From: Clostridia bacterium
GTDB lineage: Bacteria > Bacillota > Clostridia > Saccharofermentanales > UBA5734
Assembly (NCBI GenBank): GCA_009928985.1
Contig: SABL01000002.1
Location: forward strand, 1-61,927
Length of the DNA stretch: 61,927 nt
Direction of reading: 5' to 3'
In this document: positions 39,563-49,187 of the stretch, in pieces
Numbering within the stretch: the stretch's first letter is position 1
Layout: every line of letters starts with the position of its first letter
Notes under the pieces: generated by a model
What the model saw: only the letters and a program-made list of their open reading frames with translations
The model's database searches: none
What the model was told of the DNA's origin: nothing
Program-made: the position numbers and the translations under genes

Positions 39563-40612
39563 ATGGATCGCCAAGGCCTCATCCTGACGCTGGGACTGCG
39601 CCACACCGTTGTCTTGACCAAAGACCACGAATATCTGAAAATCCGGCGCCAGCCCAGTCATGTTGTCGGCCAGACGATCTGGTTTTCCGCCTCTGACCGG
39701 ATCGGTTCGCCATCTATCAGGGAGGGATTTGAAATGAAAAAGAAAACAATTGTCTGGGCCATGGCTTTGGTCCTGGTTGTCGCAGTCGGTGCGATGTTTG
39801 CACTGCCAGGCTTGCTCCCGTTTACGGGACCTGCCGACACCACTCCAGTCCAGACCCAAATGGGCGTCTCAGAAACCGATGGCGGGGCCAGCCTCGCCGC
39901 CGAGCCAGCGGTAGCTGTCCTGACGGTCCAGATCAACCCCGAGGTTGAACTGTACGTTTCGGCCAGTGACAAAGTCGTCAAAGTCGAAGCACTCAATGAA
40001 GATGCCAAGGAACTGGATCTTGATTCATTGCTGGGGCTTACATCGGATGAAGCTGTGGAAGCACTGATCGTCATGGCGACTGAAAAAGACTTCATCATTG
40101 ATGAAGACAATCTCGACGACTTTGTCGTCGTGACTGAATGCCCGCTGGCTGATGGTCCGGCCGAAGGGGTCGAACCGCTGTTGGCCCAGATCCGAAACCA
40201 GATCCAGAACCGGATCCAGAACAATGAGAACCTGCAGAATGTCGAGCTGGCCATGCTGCGCGCCACTGAGCAGAATCGAATCGAAGCCCGCCAGGAAAAT
40301 ATTGGTGTCGGGCTCAAGCTTTTGAACCAGCGTTCCGAACAGGCTGGCCTCGGCCGTGCTGAATCCATCCGCGCCTATTTTGCCAACCAGGAACGTCTCC
40401 AGTTCGCCCATCAGGAAGGCCTGATGATGCAGCGCAAAGCCGGAGACGGCACGCCAGACGGCACCCAGGCGACCAACCAGGAAACCCATCGTGAGACCAA
40501 CCGTGAGACCACCGGTACTGCCGCCCAGAATGGGCCTGGTTCAACCAGTGGCTCCGGAGAACCAAACGGCCCTGGTGGCGGCAATGGCACCACCCAGCAG
40601 GGCAAAAACTGA
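39563..40612 (+). CDS. rsgI: Anti-sigma-I factor RsgI family protein
   Basis: N-terminal anti-sigma domain (GLILTLGLRHTVVLTKDHEYLKIRR), one TM helix, and a juxtamembrane block VQINPEVELYVSASDKVVKVEALNEDAKEL typical of RsgI. The tail is Q/N/E-rich, then G/T/N-rich. ATG at 39563 follows an AGAGGTG RBS. Confidence 0.8.
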   Translation: MDRQGLILTLGLRHTVVLTKDHEYLKIRRQPSHVVGQTIWFSASDRIGSPSIREGFEMKKKTIVWAMALVLVVAVGAMFALPGLLPFTGPADTTPVQTQMGVSETDGGASLAAEPAVAVLTVQINPEVELYVSASDKVVKVEALNEDAKELDLDSLLGLTSDEAVEALIVMATEKDFIIDEDNLDDFVVVTECPLADGPAEGVEPLLAQIRNQIQNRIQNNENLQNVELAMLRATEQNRIEARQENIGVGLKLLNQRSEQAGLGRAESIRAYFANQERLQFAHQEGLMMQRKAGDGTPDGTQATNQETHRETNRETTGTAAQNGPGSTSGSGEPNGPGGGNGTTQQGKN

Positions 40613-40680
40613 TCACACAAACATTCAACCGATAGCCGTTTTGTCGAAAACCGGGAAAACGGCAAAGGCCTGATCCGCTA

Positions 40681-40706
40681 AGGCACCCAGCATCTGGGTG
40701 CCTTTT
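40681..40706 (+). terminator. Rho-independent terminator after rsgI
   Basis: AGGCACCCA-GCATC-TGGGTGCCT followed by TTTT. Confidence 0.65.
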
Positions 40707-40798
40707 CATTGTCGCAAAATCACGAGTTTTGTCGCACGAATCCGGCTGGGACCAGGGCTCATCTTTTGCTAGCTTGAAGAGGCAAAGGAGGAGTCACC

Positions 40799-41551
40799 AT
40801 GACCAACATGAAGCTTGCTACGCTAGCCTGGCGCTCGGTCGCCGCCGGTGCCGGAATCGGACTTGTCCTGATGATCGCAGTCTTGCTCATCATTCAGTCC
40901 AGGGGTCCAGCTCAACCACCAGATAGACAGGTTCTGGATCGTCCCCAGTCTACAACGGCGACTGAGGCCCACCTGTCTGCAGGACCCGTCGCACAAACCC
41001 AGCCAGAGGAAGCACCTCGACTAGATGACGTACTTGTCCCCATCCGCGAAAAACTTTTTCTTCTCGCCAGCCAACGCAACGAGAACCTGGCGTCAAACCA
41101 ACTCTGGGAAGCTTATGTCATTCAGCCAGATCCAGCTATTGATCGCGCATTTTTGTTGGTTTCAAGTTCGGAATTGACAGCCCGGGCTTTCAACAGCTAT
41201 TTCAGCTTCTATTTCAATCACGCCTCATCTCCATCGCCACCATATCCCGTCCTGATCCTGGATCGCCTGTTCCAGGAGCAAAACCGCCAGCAGACACTTG
41301 ATTCTGGCAGATATCATGAGGCGGATTTGGTCCATGAACTGGCCTACTGGCTGGGGATTCTGGTCGATGAATCGCAAGCGCAGGCAATCTGCGATTTTGT
41401 GATCACCTGCTATGAGAAAGATTTTTCTTTGCGCCTGAAAAGCACCCCCGGCCACCAGGTGGCAGACTGGCAGGAGAACATCAGGCTGGCAGGATTGGAG
41501 GTGACGTACCATGCGGGTCGGGAAACCTACTGCACATTTGAACCGGCTTGA
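40799..41551 (+). CDS. Hypothetical single-pass membrane protein
   Basis: Strong AAAGGAGGAG RBS. N-terminal TM helix (AGAGIGLVLMIAVLLII) and a Pro/Gln-rich linker. No family recognised. Confidence 0.6.
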   Translation: MTNMKLATLAWRSVAAGAGIGLVLMIAVLLIIQSRGPAQPPDRQVLDRPQSTTATEAHLSAGPVAQTQPEEAPRLDDVLVPIREKLFLLASQRNENLASNQLWEAYVIQPDPAIDRAFLLVSSSELTARAFNSYFSFYFNHASSPSPPYPVLILDRLFQEQNRQQTLDSGRYHEADLVHELAYWLGILVDESQAQAICDFVITCYEKDFSLRLKSTPGHQVADWQENIRLAGLEVTYHAGRETYCTFEPA

Positions 41552-42992
41552 TCCTCTGATCAGCCTTCTGGTCCTGGCGATATCCATTGCCGTGCTGGTC
41601 CTGTCAGTGCCCCAGCCGGTTCATGCATTGGATTTTCCCGGGTCCACAGGCATTCCCAAAGCACCGGTCAGTCAGCTGACTTATGAAACCTATCTGCAGG
41701 CAACCGGCCGACCCCGTGCAAGCCGCTACCATGCCTATGTGGCCAATTACCAGACCTATGCCAATAAACAGCTGCTTGTGTACGGCACCCCTGACCAAGT
41801 GCCAGACAACCGGTACGATAGCCGTTATGGCGAATACGCCTACCTCGGGTTTTCCTATGATGAAACGCCGGTGACCAATACGGACTTTCCGGATGATTCG
41901 CCGACGGGTGCGACCTATTCGAGCCCCTGGGACTGGGTGGAGCACGATCTTGGCCTAGAGGCTGAAATCTCCTGGGCGCGCCTTTCCGAGAGCCAGCGCA
42001 GCCTGGTCAGCCAGTCACCGCTGTCTTATCGCCGGGATACGTATGGCGGTATGGACTTTGCCGGTCTCGGTCTGACGACCGGGAACAGCATCATCCTGAC
42101 ACCGCCAGCCTGGCACCTCGGCTTTGCCCTCTACACGCGCCATGACATGCCTGGTACCACCCAGATGCGCTATGCAACGTTCACTGGTCCTGGCAGTGGC
42201 CAGATTGCCTTGTACAGCCGCCTGGAGATCCTGTCGCCGCTGGGCGCTGGTGACACGCTGGTGATACCGGCTGGTGCCAGCTCCGTTGACCTGCGCTACC
42301 GGCTCAGTGGCTGGATTGGCCAGTTTGGCGGCCTAGCCACGCTCAAGGACCTGGCCAATTGCGGGGTGGGCAACTCCTTGTCCTGGAAATCTGGCAGTGG
42401 TCTGGGCCCATGGAGCATCGATCTGGTCCAATCGGTTTCCCGGACCTATCTGGGCACCAGTGCGACCAAGAATCTGACCGTCTCGGGCCAGGCCTGGGCC
42501 GTCAGCTGGATGGGAGATATCTTTGTATCAACTGCCAGCCAGACGATCGAAGTGGTCGATGGCGCGACAGCACCATTCACCATTGCCCTGGACACCAGCG
42601 GCTCGCTCGATTATTTCGCCAGCAGGAACAACGAATTTGACTACAATGAATCGCGTGACCGGAATCGCTACCTGGGTTTGGAAAAAGTGACCTTCGAGAT
42701 CGATTTCAGCCATCCGACAGAATCAGCCAGCCTGATCTTCCTGGGCAAAACGTACACCCTGAATCAGAATTCAGCCAATCCAGCGACCCATTTTGAAGTC
42801 GAAGTGACGATCCCTTCTGACCGCCAGACCCTCAACTGGCAACACCAGCGCCTGACGAAATCCCATCTGGCTGAAGTCAGAGCCACAGCCACGATCAATG
42901 GTGTTTCATCTTACCGGGTGAAAAAGCAAAGTGACATCGAAGTCACCGGGGATATCCATGACCTAAGCCGTGTGCTGGCGAGTTTGAGCTAA
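41511..42992 (+). CDS. Hypothetical secreted/envelope protein (493 aa)
   Basis: Signal-peptide-like N-terminus ending ...PVHA-LD. No family recognised. It overlaps the upstream gene by 41 nt if the ATG at 41511 is used; an alternative TTG lies at 41538. Confidence 0.6.
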   Translation: MRVGKPTAHLNRLDPLISLLVLAISIAVLVLSVPQPVHALDFPGSTGIPKAPVSQLTYETYLQATGRPRASRYHAYVANYQTYANKQLLVYGTPDQVPDNRYDSRYGEYAYLGFSYDETPVTNTDFPDDSPTGATYSSPWDWVEHDLGLEAEISWARLSESQRSLVSQSPLSYRRDTYGGMDFAGLGLTTGNSIILTPPAWHLGFALYTRHDMPGTTQMRYATFTGPGSGQIALYSRLEILSPLGAGDTLVIPAGASSVDLRYRLSGWIGQFGGLATLKDLANCGVGNSLSWKSGSGLGPWSIDLVQSVSRTYLGTSATKNLTVSGQAWAVSWMGDIFVSTASQTIEVVDGATAPFTIALDTSGSLDYFASRNNEFDYNESRDRNRYLGLEKVTFEIDFSHPTESASLIFLGKTYTLNQNSANPATHFEVEVTIPSDRQTLNWQHQRLTKSHLAEVRATATINGVSSYRVKKQSDIEVTGDIHDLSRVLASLS

Positions 42993-44224
42993 TCCTGCTC
43001 TGGCGGATGCTCACCGGTCTGATCTTCATCAGTCTGTGGCATCTCTGGCAGTGTCGGGATAGAGGGCAATTGCCTGTTCTCCGGCAACTCGAAATCATCT
43101 TCAACGGGTGCTTCGGACGACCCTTCCGGGCGGAAGGTCAGGCAATAATTGTTTTCGCCATAGTAGACGTAGAAATAGGCGACAGGGAAGGGGCCCTGGC
43201 GGTCTACATGGCAGAAAACGGGGTGCTTGAGTTTCCTGGCCGTCCGCACCATGGTCTTGAAATCCTGCGTCGTGATGCACCATTCCGGCTCCCAGGCCTT
43301 GTCCGAAATCATCATCAGGCGGCCCCGGCACTGGCGCTTCATCCAGGCCAGCTTTTTCTCAAATGGGTCTTTGCGCCGGCGCTGGGTCAGGCGCAGCCAG
43401 AGAACAAGACCGATCAGGAAAATGACGGCAGCAGCCGGAAATACGGCAGCATGGAAGATCTCAAGGACGACCTGGTAAGGCAACAGGCGCCAGACTGCTT
43501 CAGGCCTGAGATCCATATTTTTCGTGATCGAGAAGGTATCATTCGTCAGAGGCAGGACCAGGGACGGCTGGTCGATCAGGGTGGTTAAGCCAGATGGCAA
43601 GAGAGCCTCCGTTTTAGCCACCAGGCCGATGACCAGTTCACCACGGACCTCCAGCGGTGTCTGACTGGCAAATGCCTGGAATTGGCTTTTGAAATTTTGC
43701 AGCGGAATGTCGGCCGCACGTTCAATCTGGTACTCGGCAGCATTCAGGGTCATGACTTCCGGAGCAGCCAGGATCTGGCTGTCTTCAAATAGCAGCTGGT
43801 CCTGGCCTTTGGTGGCCCAAATCCGCAAAGTGGCCAGGATTTGCGAGGAGATGGTCACGGATTGGGAGGAGTCGGCCGCAAAGGTGTAGTGGAACACAGG
43901 CCGCACAGACTGGGCCAGGGCACTGACATAGACCTGGCCTTCGCCAGCGAATGACTCGCCAGCTGTTTCAGGCGCAACTGAAACCACTTGATAATCAATC
44001 GCAGCCTGACGCCTGGCCTGATAGACCCTTGTAGGCAGCGTGACAGTCACGATATTGAAAGTCGACCAGTAAGCCAGCAGCGACAAGGCTGACAGGCTCG
44101 CAAAGACCAGAGCCACCAACAGACGAACCAGCCAGTGAATCTTGCGCCGGCTCTTGGATCTGCTTTTGGGGTGGGACAATTCATGGGGCAGGATTTTTGA
44201 TTCATGCTTCTTCATGAGCTTCAT
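42989..44224 (-). CDS. Hypothetical two-TM membrane protein (possibly DUF5305-like) with a cytoplasmic C-terminal domain
   Basis: MKLMKKHESK... start at 44224. TM1 is LLVALVFASLSALSLLAY, followed by an extracytoplasmic region of about 215 aa. TM2 is AAVFPAAAVIFLIGLVLWL. The tail is acidic. The family name is from memory and is low confidence. Confidence 0.55.
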   Translation of the reverse strand: MKLMKKHESKILPHELSHPKSRSKSRRKIHWLVRLLVALVFASLSALSLLAYWSTFNIVTVTLPTRVYQARRQAAIDYQVVSVAPETAGESFAGEGQVYVSALAQSVRPVFHYTFAADSSQSVTISSQILATLRIWATKGQDQLLFEDSQILAAPEVMTLNAAEYQIERAADIPLQNFKSQFQAFASQTPLEVRGELVIGLVAKTEALLPSGLTTLIDQPSLVLPLTNDTFSITKNMDLRPEAVWRLLPYQVVLEIFHAAVFPAAAVIFLIGLVLWLRLTQRRRKDPFEKKLAWMKRQCRGRLMMISDKAWEPEWCITTQDFKTMVRTARKLKHPVFCHVDRQGPFPVAYFYVYYGENNYCLTFRPEGSSEAPVEDDFELPENRQLPSIPTLPEMPQTDEDQTGEHPPEQD

Positions 44225-44320
44225 TCTAGCAGATCGGACGAACGATTTCACCGCAAGCCAGATGGATATTTGACCCTCAAAAAACAGCAAAAATTGACAA
44301 AAAACAGCGAGGCGGCCATA

Positions 44321-45637
44321 ATGCATGACATGAAAAGAAAATCACGCCCCGAAGGGCCCGCGAATTTACCTGAGCATCTGCCTGCTGTGATGGCACATGC
44401 TCGTCGTCTTGCAGCAGTTCCCCTGGTCAGGATCTTGGATCTGAGAACCAGCCGGACAGCATTTCGACTGTTGCTCTTGCTCATGATGGCCCTGATGCTC
44501 TGGGCCACCCTGCTGATTCCCCGTCTCGAGCAAACGGTCCTCATGGATTTTAGCAAAGTTCCCAGCCAAATCACCATTTTGCAGCCAGAGGGCAGGATCG
44601 AACAATTAACCTATGCCAGCTGTCTGATGGATGCTGTCGATGAGGCCCGGGTCCAGATTGGTGATCATGACTTGATGAGCCTGCCGGCAGATCTACCGCT
44701 CGAACCAGGCCAAGCCTATGAGTTGTCGATCACGCGTCGTTCAGAATTCACCCTGATGTGGAGCGGGTTGGCAGTCGAAGCGATCAGCGAACCTTTGACC
44801 AGTGTCGACTTGCTGTCGCGCTCGGGCTATGACGACATAGACCTGTCTGATGGCAGCCGGGTGGAGCAGCCAGCCGACGACACGCTGGTCTACATCGCCG
44901 TAGACAAACGTGAGTACAGGATCAGCGAAGAGATCCCCTTCGGCAAAGTCTATGTCGACAATCCTGATTTGGAAGTCGGTAAAACCGAGGTGACCACCCC
45001 AGGCGAGAAAGGTCAGCGCGACCTGGTTTTCGAAGAAATCTATGAAGACGGTGTCTTCATCAGTCGTGAACAAATCGGCACCGAGATCATCAAGGATCCC
45101 GTCCAGGAAGTCATCAGCCGCGGGACCAAGGTCGTCATCAAGCCAATAGACCGGCGCCGGGTTGGATCGACCGTGCTCAATAGTTTTGACCAGATCAAGT
45201 CGCTGCTCAAGGATAATGGCCGCCAGAATTACGAAACATTCAGTGACAATGGCGATGGCACGATCACCGTCGATGGCAAGACCTTTGCTTACGAATCCGT
45301 CAGCAAACGGCGGATTACGAGCTACGACGGTCTCGAGGTCTGCATGCACATGGGCGACCATTCGCCTGCGATCAATCACAACACTGCATCAGGAGTGCCG
45401 GCCCAGCGCGGACTGGTTGCCACGTATGGCAAACGCATCGACGGAAAAGTCTATCCCACATTGCCAATGGGGACGATCGTTTTCATCGAGGGATACGGTC
45501 TCGGGGTCATAGCCGACCTGCATGGTGTTCACAGCAATCATGAACTGCTCGATGTCTGCTATAATCCTGGAGAGACCTTGAATGGCAAGGCTCTGCCCAC
45601 AGCCAACCGCACATCTTACATCCTCTCGTTCCCATGA
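44321..45637 (+). CDS. YabE-like cell-wall protein (DUF348 / G5 / 3D domains)
   Basis: G5 block: EIPFGKVYVDNPDLEVGKTEVTTPGEKGQRDLVFEEIYEDG...VISRGTK. 3D-like C-terminus: GTIVFIEGYGLGVIADLHG. It lies upstream of rsmA, as in B. subtilis yabE-ksgA. Confidence 0.8.
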   Translation: MHDMKRKSRPEGPANLPEHLPAVMAHARRLAAVPLVRILDLRTSRTAFRLLLLLMMALMLWATLLIPRLEQTVLMDFSKVPSQITILQPEGRIEQLTYASCLMDAVDEARVQIGDHDLMSLPADLPLEPGQAYELSITRRSEFTLMWSGLAVEAISEPLTSVDLLSRSGYDDIDLSDGSRVEQPADDTLVYIAVDKREYRISEEIPFGKVYVDNPDLEVGKTEVTTPGEKGQRDLVFEEIYEDGVFISREQIGTEIIKDPVQEVISRGTKVVIKPIDRRRVGSTVLNSFDQIKSLLKDNGRQNYETFSDNGDGTITVDGKTFAYESVSKRRITSYDGLEVCMHMGDHSPAINHNTASGVPAQRGLVATYGKRIDGKVYPTLPMGTIVFIEGYGLGVIADLHGVHSNHELLDVCYNPGETLNGKALPTANRTSYILSFP

Positions 45638-45650
45638 GGTGCCTGATCCT

Positions 45651-46517
45651 ATGAATTTGGCGCAGACCAAAGCGCTCTTATCTCAATTCCACATTCAGCC
45701 GACCCGCTCCCTTGGCCAGAATTTCCTGGTCGACGAACGGGTCGTTTCACGCATCGGCGATCTGTCCGAACTATCACCGGAAGACCTGGTGATCGAAATC
45801 GGGCCTGGCCTGGGCCATCTGACCATTGAACTGGCAAGACGCGCAGGGCAAGTTGTCGCCATTGAGATTGACCGCCATGTTCTGCCCGCCCTGGCCCACA
45901 ATCTTGCATCCTTTGATACCGTAACCCTGGTCCATGGCGACGCGCTCGCTCAGAACTTGAAGCTGCTTTGCAAGGACTGGGACGGTCCGGTAAAAGTTGT
46001 GGCCAATCTGCCTTATTATGTCACGACTGACCTGATGCTCAAGATCATGACTGAATTGCCATTTTGCCAGAGCCTGACCCTGATGATGCAAAAGGAGGCA
46101 GCTGAACGGATCATGGCTCCGGTCGGCAGCAAAGGTTACAGCCCGGTTGGCATCATCGCGGCCTGTATCGGGACCCTGCGCCGCGTCCTGTCGGTCGGGA
46201 GGGGGAGTTATTTTCCCCAGCCCCATGTCGATTCGGTCGTTCTCCAGCTCGAGCCCCATCACGAGCAGCTGATTGCCGCCCAGGACCTGTCCGGCTTTGG
46301 CACCTTCCTGCAAGCCTGTTTTCATCAGCGCCGCAAAACCCTGTACAACAATCTCAATGGGTTCACCATGACAGGGAATCGTAAAATCAACCCTGAAACA
46401 TGGCTAAATCTGATCGAGAATCTGCCATCTGACCGGAATGCCCGGGCTGAATCGTTGACGCCGGCGCAATTTTCCAAACTCTATTATTCAATTATTGAAT
46501 TCTCAAAACCCATATGA
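45651..46517 (+). CDS. rsmA: 16S rRNA (adenine1518/1519-N6)-dimethyltransferase
   Basis: ATG at 45651. SLGQNFLVD, EIGPGLGHLT and ANLPYYVTT. Confidence 0.94.
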   Translation: MNLAQTKALLSQFHIQPTRSLGQNFLVDERVVSRIGDLSELSPEDLVIEIGPGLGHLTIELARRAGQVVAIEIDRHVLPALAHNLASFDTVTLVHGDALAQNLKLLCKDWDGPVKVVANLPYYVTTDLMLKIMTELPFCQSLTLMMQKEAAERIMAPVGSKGYSPVGIIAACIGTLRRVLSVGRGSYFPQPHVDSVVLQLEPHHEQLIAAQDLSGFGTFLQACFHQRRKTLYNNLNGFTMTGNRKINPETWLNLIENLPSDRNARAESLTPAQFSKLYYSIIEFSKPI

Positions 46518-46642
46518 TACGATTAATTTCATAGCGTCTTGGGGGGAACAATGTACGGGACGCAAGGGAGCAGCCAGAACTTTTTTATCGGAAACGATTG
46601 CGGAGGGAAGGCGAACAATTTATTTCTGGAAGGAGCCCTGAC

Positions 46643-48442
46643 ATGAACAAACACGCCAAATTGCAAGCATGGGTTGACGAAGTTGCAAAAATGACTCAGC
46701 CGGATTCGATCCATTGGTGCGACGGATCTGAGGAAGAAAACCAGCGCCTTTTAGACCTGATGGTCGAAACCGGTGCAGCGACCTTGCTCAACCAGGACAA
46801 GCGTCCTGGCTGCTACCTGTTCCGCAGTGACGCATCTGACGTTGCCCGGGTCGAAAACCGCACCTACATCGCCTCTGTCAAGCAGGAAGACGCCGGCCCG
46901 ACCAACAACTGGATCGACCCGTTCGAGCTCAAGGAAACGATGAAAGGCCTCTACAGTGGTTGCATGAAGGGCCGTACCCTTTATGTCATTCCCTTCTCGA
47001 TGGGCCCGATCGGCTCCCCGATTTCCAAGATCGGCGTTGAAATCACCGACAGCCCTTATGTTGTCGTCAACATGCGCATCATGACCCGCATGGGCCAGGC
47101 TGTCCTCGACACCCTCGGCACCGACGGCGAATTCGTTCCCTGCCTCCACTCAATCGGCGCCCCGCTAGCCGAAGGCCAGCAAGATGTCCCCTGGCCCTGC
47201 GCCCCGATCGAACAGAAATACATCAGCCATTTCCCGGATGAACGCCTGATCTGGTCCTATGGCTCCGGTTACGGCGGCAATGCATTGCTCGGCAAAAAAT
47301 GCTTTGCCCTGCGCATCGCTTCCGTCCAGGCTCGTGACGAAGGCTGGCTCGCCGAGCACATGCTGATCCTGCGCCTGACCAGCCCGGAAGGCGACGTCAA
47401 ATACATCGCCGGTGCTTTCCCGAGTGCCTGCGGCAAGACCAACCTGGCCATGCTGATCCCGACCATCCCCGGCTGGAAAGTCGAAACCATCGGTGACGAC
47501 ATTGCCTGGATGAAATATGGCGCCGACGGCCGTCTCTATGCCATCAATCCTGAAGCTGGTTTCTTTGGTGTTGCCCCGGGTACCTCCGATGATTCCAACT
47601 TCAATGCCATGCGCAGCATCGACTCAAACACCATCTTCACCAATGTCGGCCTGACCGATGACGGTGATGTGTGGTGGGAAGGCATCGGCAGCGATGCTCC
47701 GGAACACCTGATCGACTGGAAGGGCCGTGACTGGACCAAGTCAACCGGCGAACCGGCTGCCCATCCCAATGCCCGTTTCACCGCCCCGGCCAAGCAGTGC
47801 CCGGTCATTGCCCCCGAGTGGGAAGACCCGGCCGGCGTCCCGATCTCCGCAATCCTCGTCGGCGGCCGCCGCAAATCCACCATCCCGCTGGTCCACGAGA
47901 GCTTTGACTGGAACCACGGCGTCTTCCTCGGCTCGATCATGGGCTCGGAAATCACCGCCGCCGCCATCTCGGACAAGATCGGCCAGGTCCGTCGCGACCC
48001 GTTTGCCATGCTGCCCTTCTGCGGCTACCATGTCTGCGACTATCTCCAGCATTGGATCAACGTCGGCTCCAAAACGACCGCAGACAAACTGCCCAAGATC
48101 TTCTATGTCAACTGGTTCCGCAAGGACGAGTCCGGCAAATGGCTGTGGCCCGGCTTTGGCGAAAACAGCCGCGTCCTTAAATGGGTCGTCGAGCGTGTTT
48201 CCGGCAAAGGTGAAGCCGTCAAGACCGCCATCGGCTACATGCCGACCGAAAGCGCCATCGACACCACCGGCCTCGACGTCAACGCTGCCGACATGGCCGA
48301 GCTGCTCAAAGTCAGCAAGGATGAATGGCTCAATGAGGTCGAATCGATCCGCGCCCACTACACCTCCTATGGCGAAAAGCTGCCGGTCGAACTGGCTCAC
48401 CAGCTCGAAGCCCTCGAAAAACGCTTGGGCGAAATGGCCTGA
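46643..48442 (+). CDS. pckG: Phosphoenolpyruvate carboxykinase (GTP)
   Basis: AAGGAG RBS and ATG at 46643. [10 protein letters not shown]-loop and YVNWFRKD. Confidence 0.95.
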   Translation: MNKHAKLQAWVDEVAKMTQPDSIHWCDGSEEENQRLLDLMVETGAATLLNQDKRPGCYLFRSDASDVARVENRTYIASVKQEDAGPTNNWIDPFELKETMKGLYSGCMKGRTLYVIPFSMGPIGSPISKIGVEITDSPYVVVNMRIMTRMGQAVLDTLGTDGEFVPCLHSIGAPLAEGQQDVPWPCAPIEQKYISHFPDERLIWSYGSGYGGNALLGKKCFALRIASVQARDEGWLAEHMLILRLTSPEGDVKYIAGAFPSACGKTNLAMLIPTIPGWKVETIGDDIAWMKYGADGRLYAINPEAGFFGVAPGTSDDSNFNAMRSIDSNTIFTNVGLTDDGDVWWEGIGSDAPEHLIDWKGRDWTKSTGEPAAHPNARFTAPAKQCPVIAPEWEDPAGVPISAILVGGRRKSTIPLVHESFDWNHGVFLGSIMGSEITAAAISDKIGQVRRDPFAMLPFCGYHVCDYLQHWINVGSKTTADKLPKIFYVNWFRKDESGKWLWPGFGENSRVLKWVVERVSGKGEAVKTAIGYMPTESAIDTTGLDVNAADMAELLKVSKDEWLNEVESIRAHYTSYGEKLPVELAHQLEALEKRLGEMA

Positions 48443-48501
48443 GAAGCAGCTGCAAACTTGTTTTCTGGTCGCCTGACCTAATCCTGACCGTTTTTAAAAA
48501 G

Positions 48502-48541
48502 CCCAGCCCGTTTTGCTAAAGCGAAGCGGGCTGGTTTTTTG
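48502..48541 (+). terminator. Rho-independent terminator after pckG
   Basis: CCCAGCCCGT-N13-AGCGGGCTGG followed by TTTTTTGTT. Confidence 0.8.
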
Positions 48542-48662
48542 TTGCCGACTGCCCTGGTGTGAATTATACTGGACAGGATTCCGGCTGGTTTTTTTAGCTG
48601 ATCCAGCATGACCGGCCCCCCGTGCGCCTATGCGCCCAACATGATCCCAGGAGTAAACACTC

Positions 48663-49187
48663 GTGCCAGAAATAGTCAAACGCGTCAACGTCCGGATTGC
48701 CGGCGTTGCTTACCAGTTGGCCGCCACCGAGGACGAAGCCCATATCCGCAAAATGGCTGCCCGGGCCGACGAAATGATCCGTCAGGTTCTATTAGCCAGC
48801 CCACATCTTAGCCAATCCATGGCCACCATCCTGGCACTCGTCAATGCCATGGATGAGGTCAACAAATTTCGCCGCCAGAGTGAAATTTTGCAAAAGGAAA
48901 GAGATTCCCAGGCCCAGCAGATGCAACAATTAAAAACCGAGCTCGACCGCGTCCGGGAGCAGAATTGGGACATGCGCAAGGATCAGCTTCACATGCAGCG
49001 CTTGATCGCCGAATACGAAAAACGCTTTGAACAGATCCTCTCTGACGCCAGTGAGCATGCAGCACCCAATCCGGATGATGGCGAAACTGGCCATTCAGAC
49101 AATGAATCCGAACCGATCCCTGAGCCTGAACCCTCGCCTTTGACTCTGGCTGGTTACCAGCAGTCCACTCTGGAGGACTACATTTGA
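48663..49187 (+). CDS. zapA: Cell division protein ZapA
   Basis: VNVRIAGVAYQLAATEDEAHIRKMAARADEMI... followed by a coiled coil. GTG start. Confidence 0.8.
   Translation: MPEIVKRVNVRIAGVAYQLAATEDEAHIRKMAARADEMIRQVLLASPHLSQSMATILALVNAMDEVNKFRRQSEILQKERDSQAQQMQQLKTELDRVREQNWDMRKDQLHMQRLIAEYEKRFEQILSDASEHAAPNPDDGETGHSDNESEPIPEPEPSPLTLAGYQQSTLEDYI

Noticed and set aside
40641-40740. Calling a sigma-I promoter upstream of the 250-aa gene as an annotated feature.
   Set aside because: It rests only on repeated TTGTCG(A/C)A motifs and a CGAA tetramer, and my recollection of the sigma-I consensus is imprecise. It is mentioned in the sigI finding but is not strong enough to annotate.
44204-44320. Upstream extension of the YabE-like ORF, and the corresponding extension of the divergent minus-strand ORF to 44326.
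   Set aside because: The two extensions overlap each other on opposite strands. The internal ATGs (44321 for the plus gene, 44224 for the minus gene) give sensible N-termini (basic segment followed by a TM helix) and leave a 96-bp divergent promoter region.
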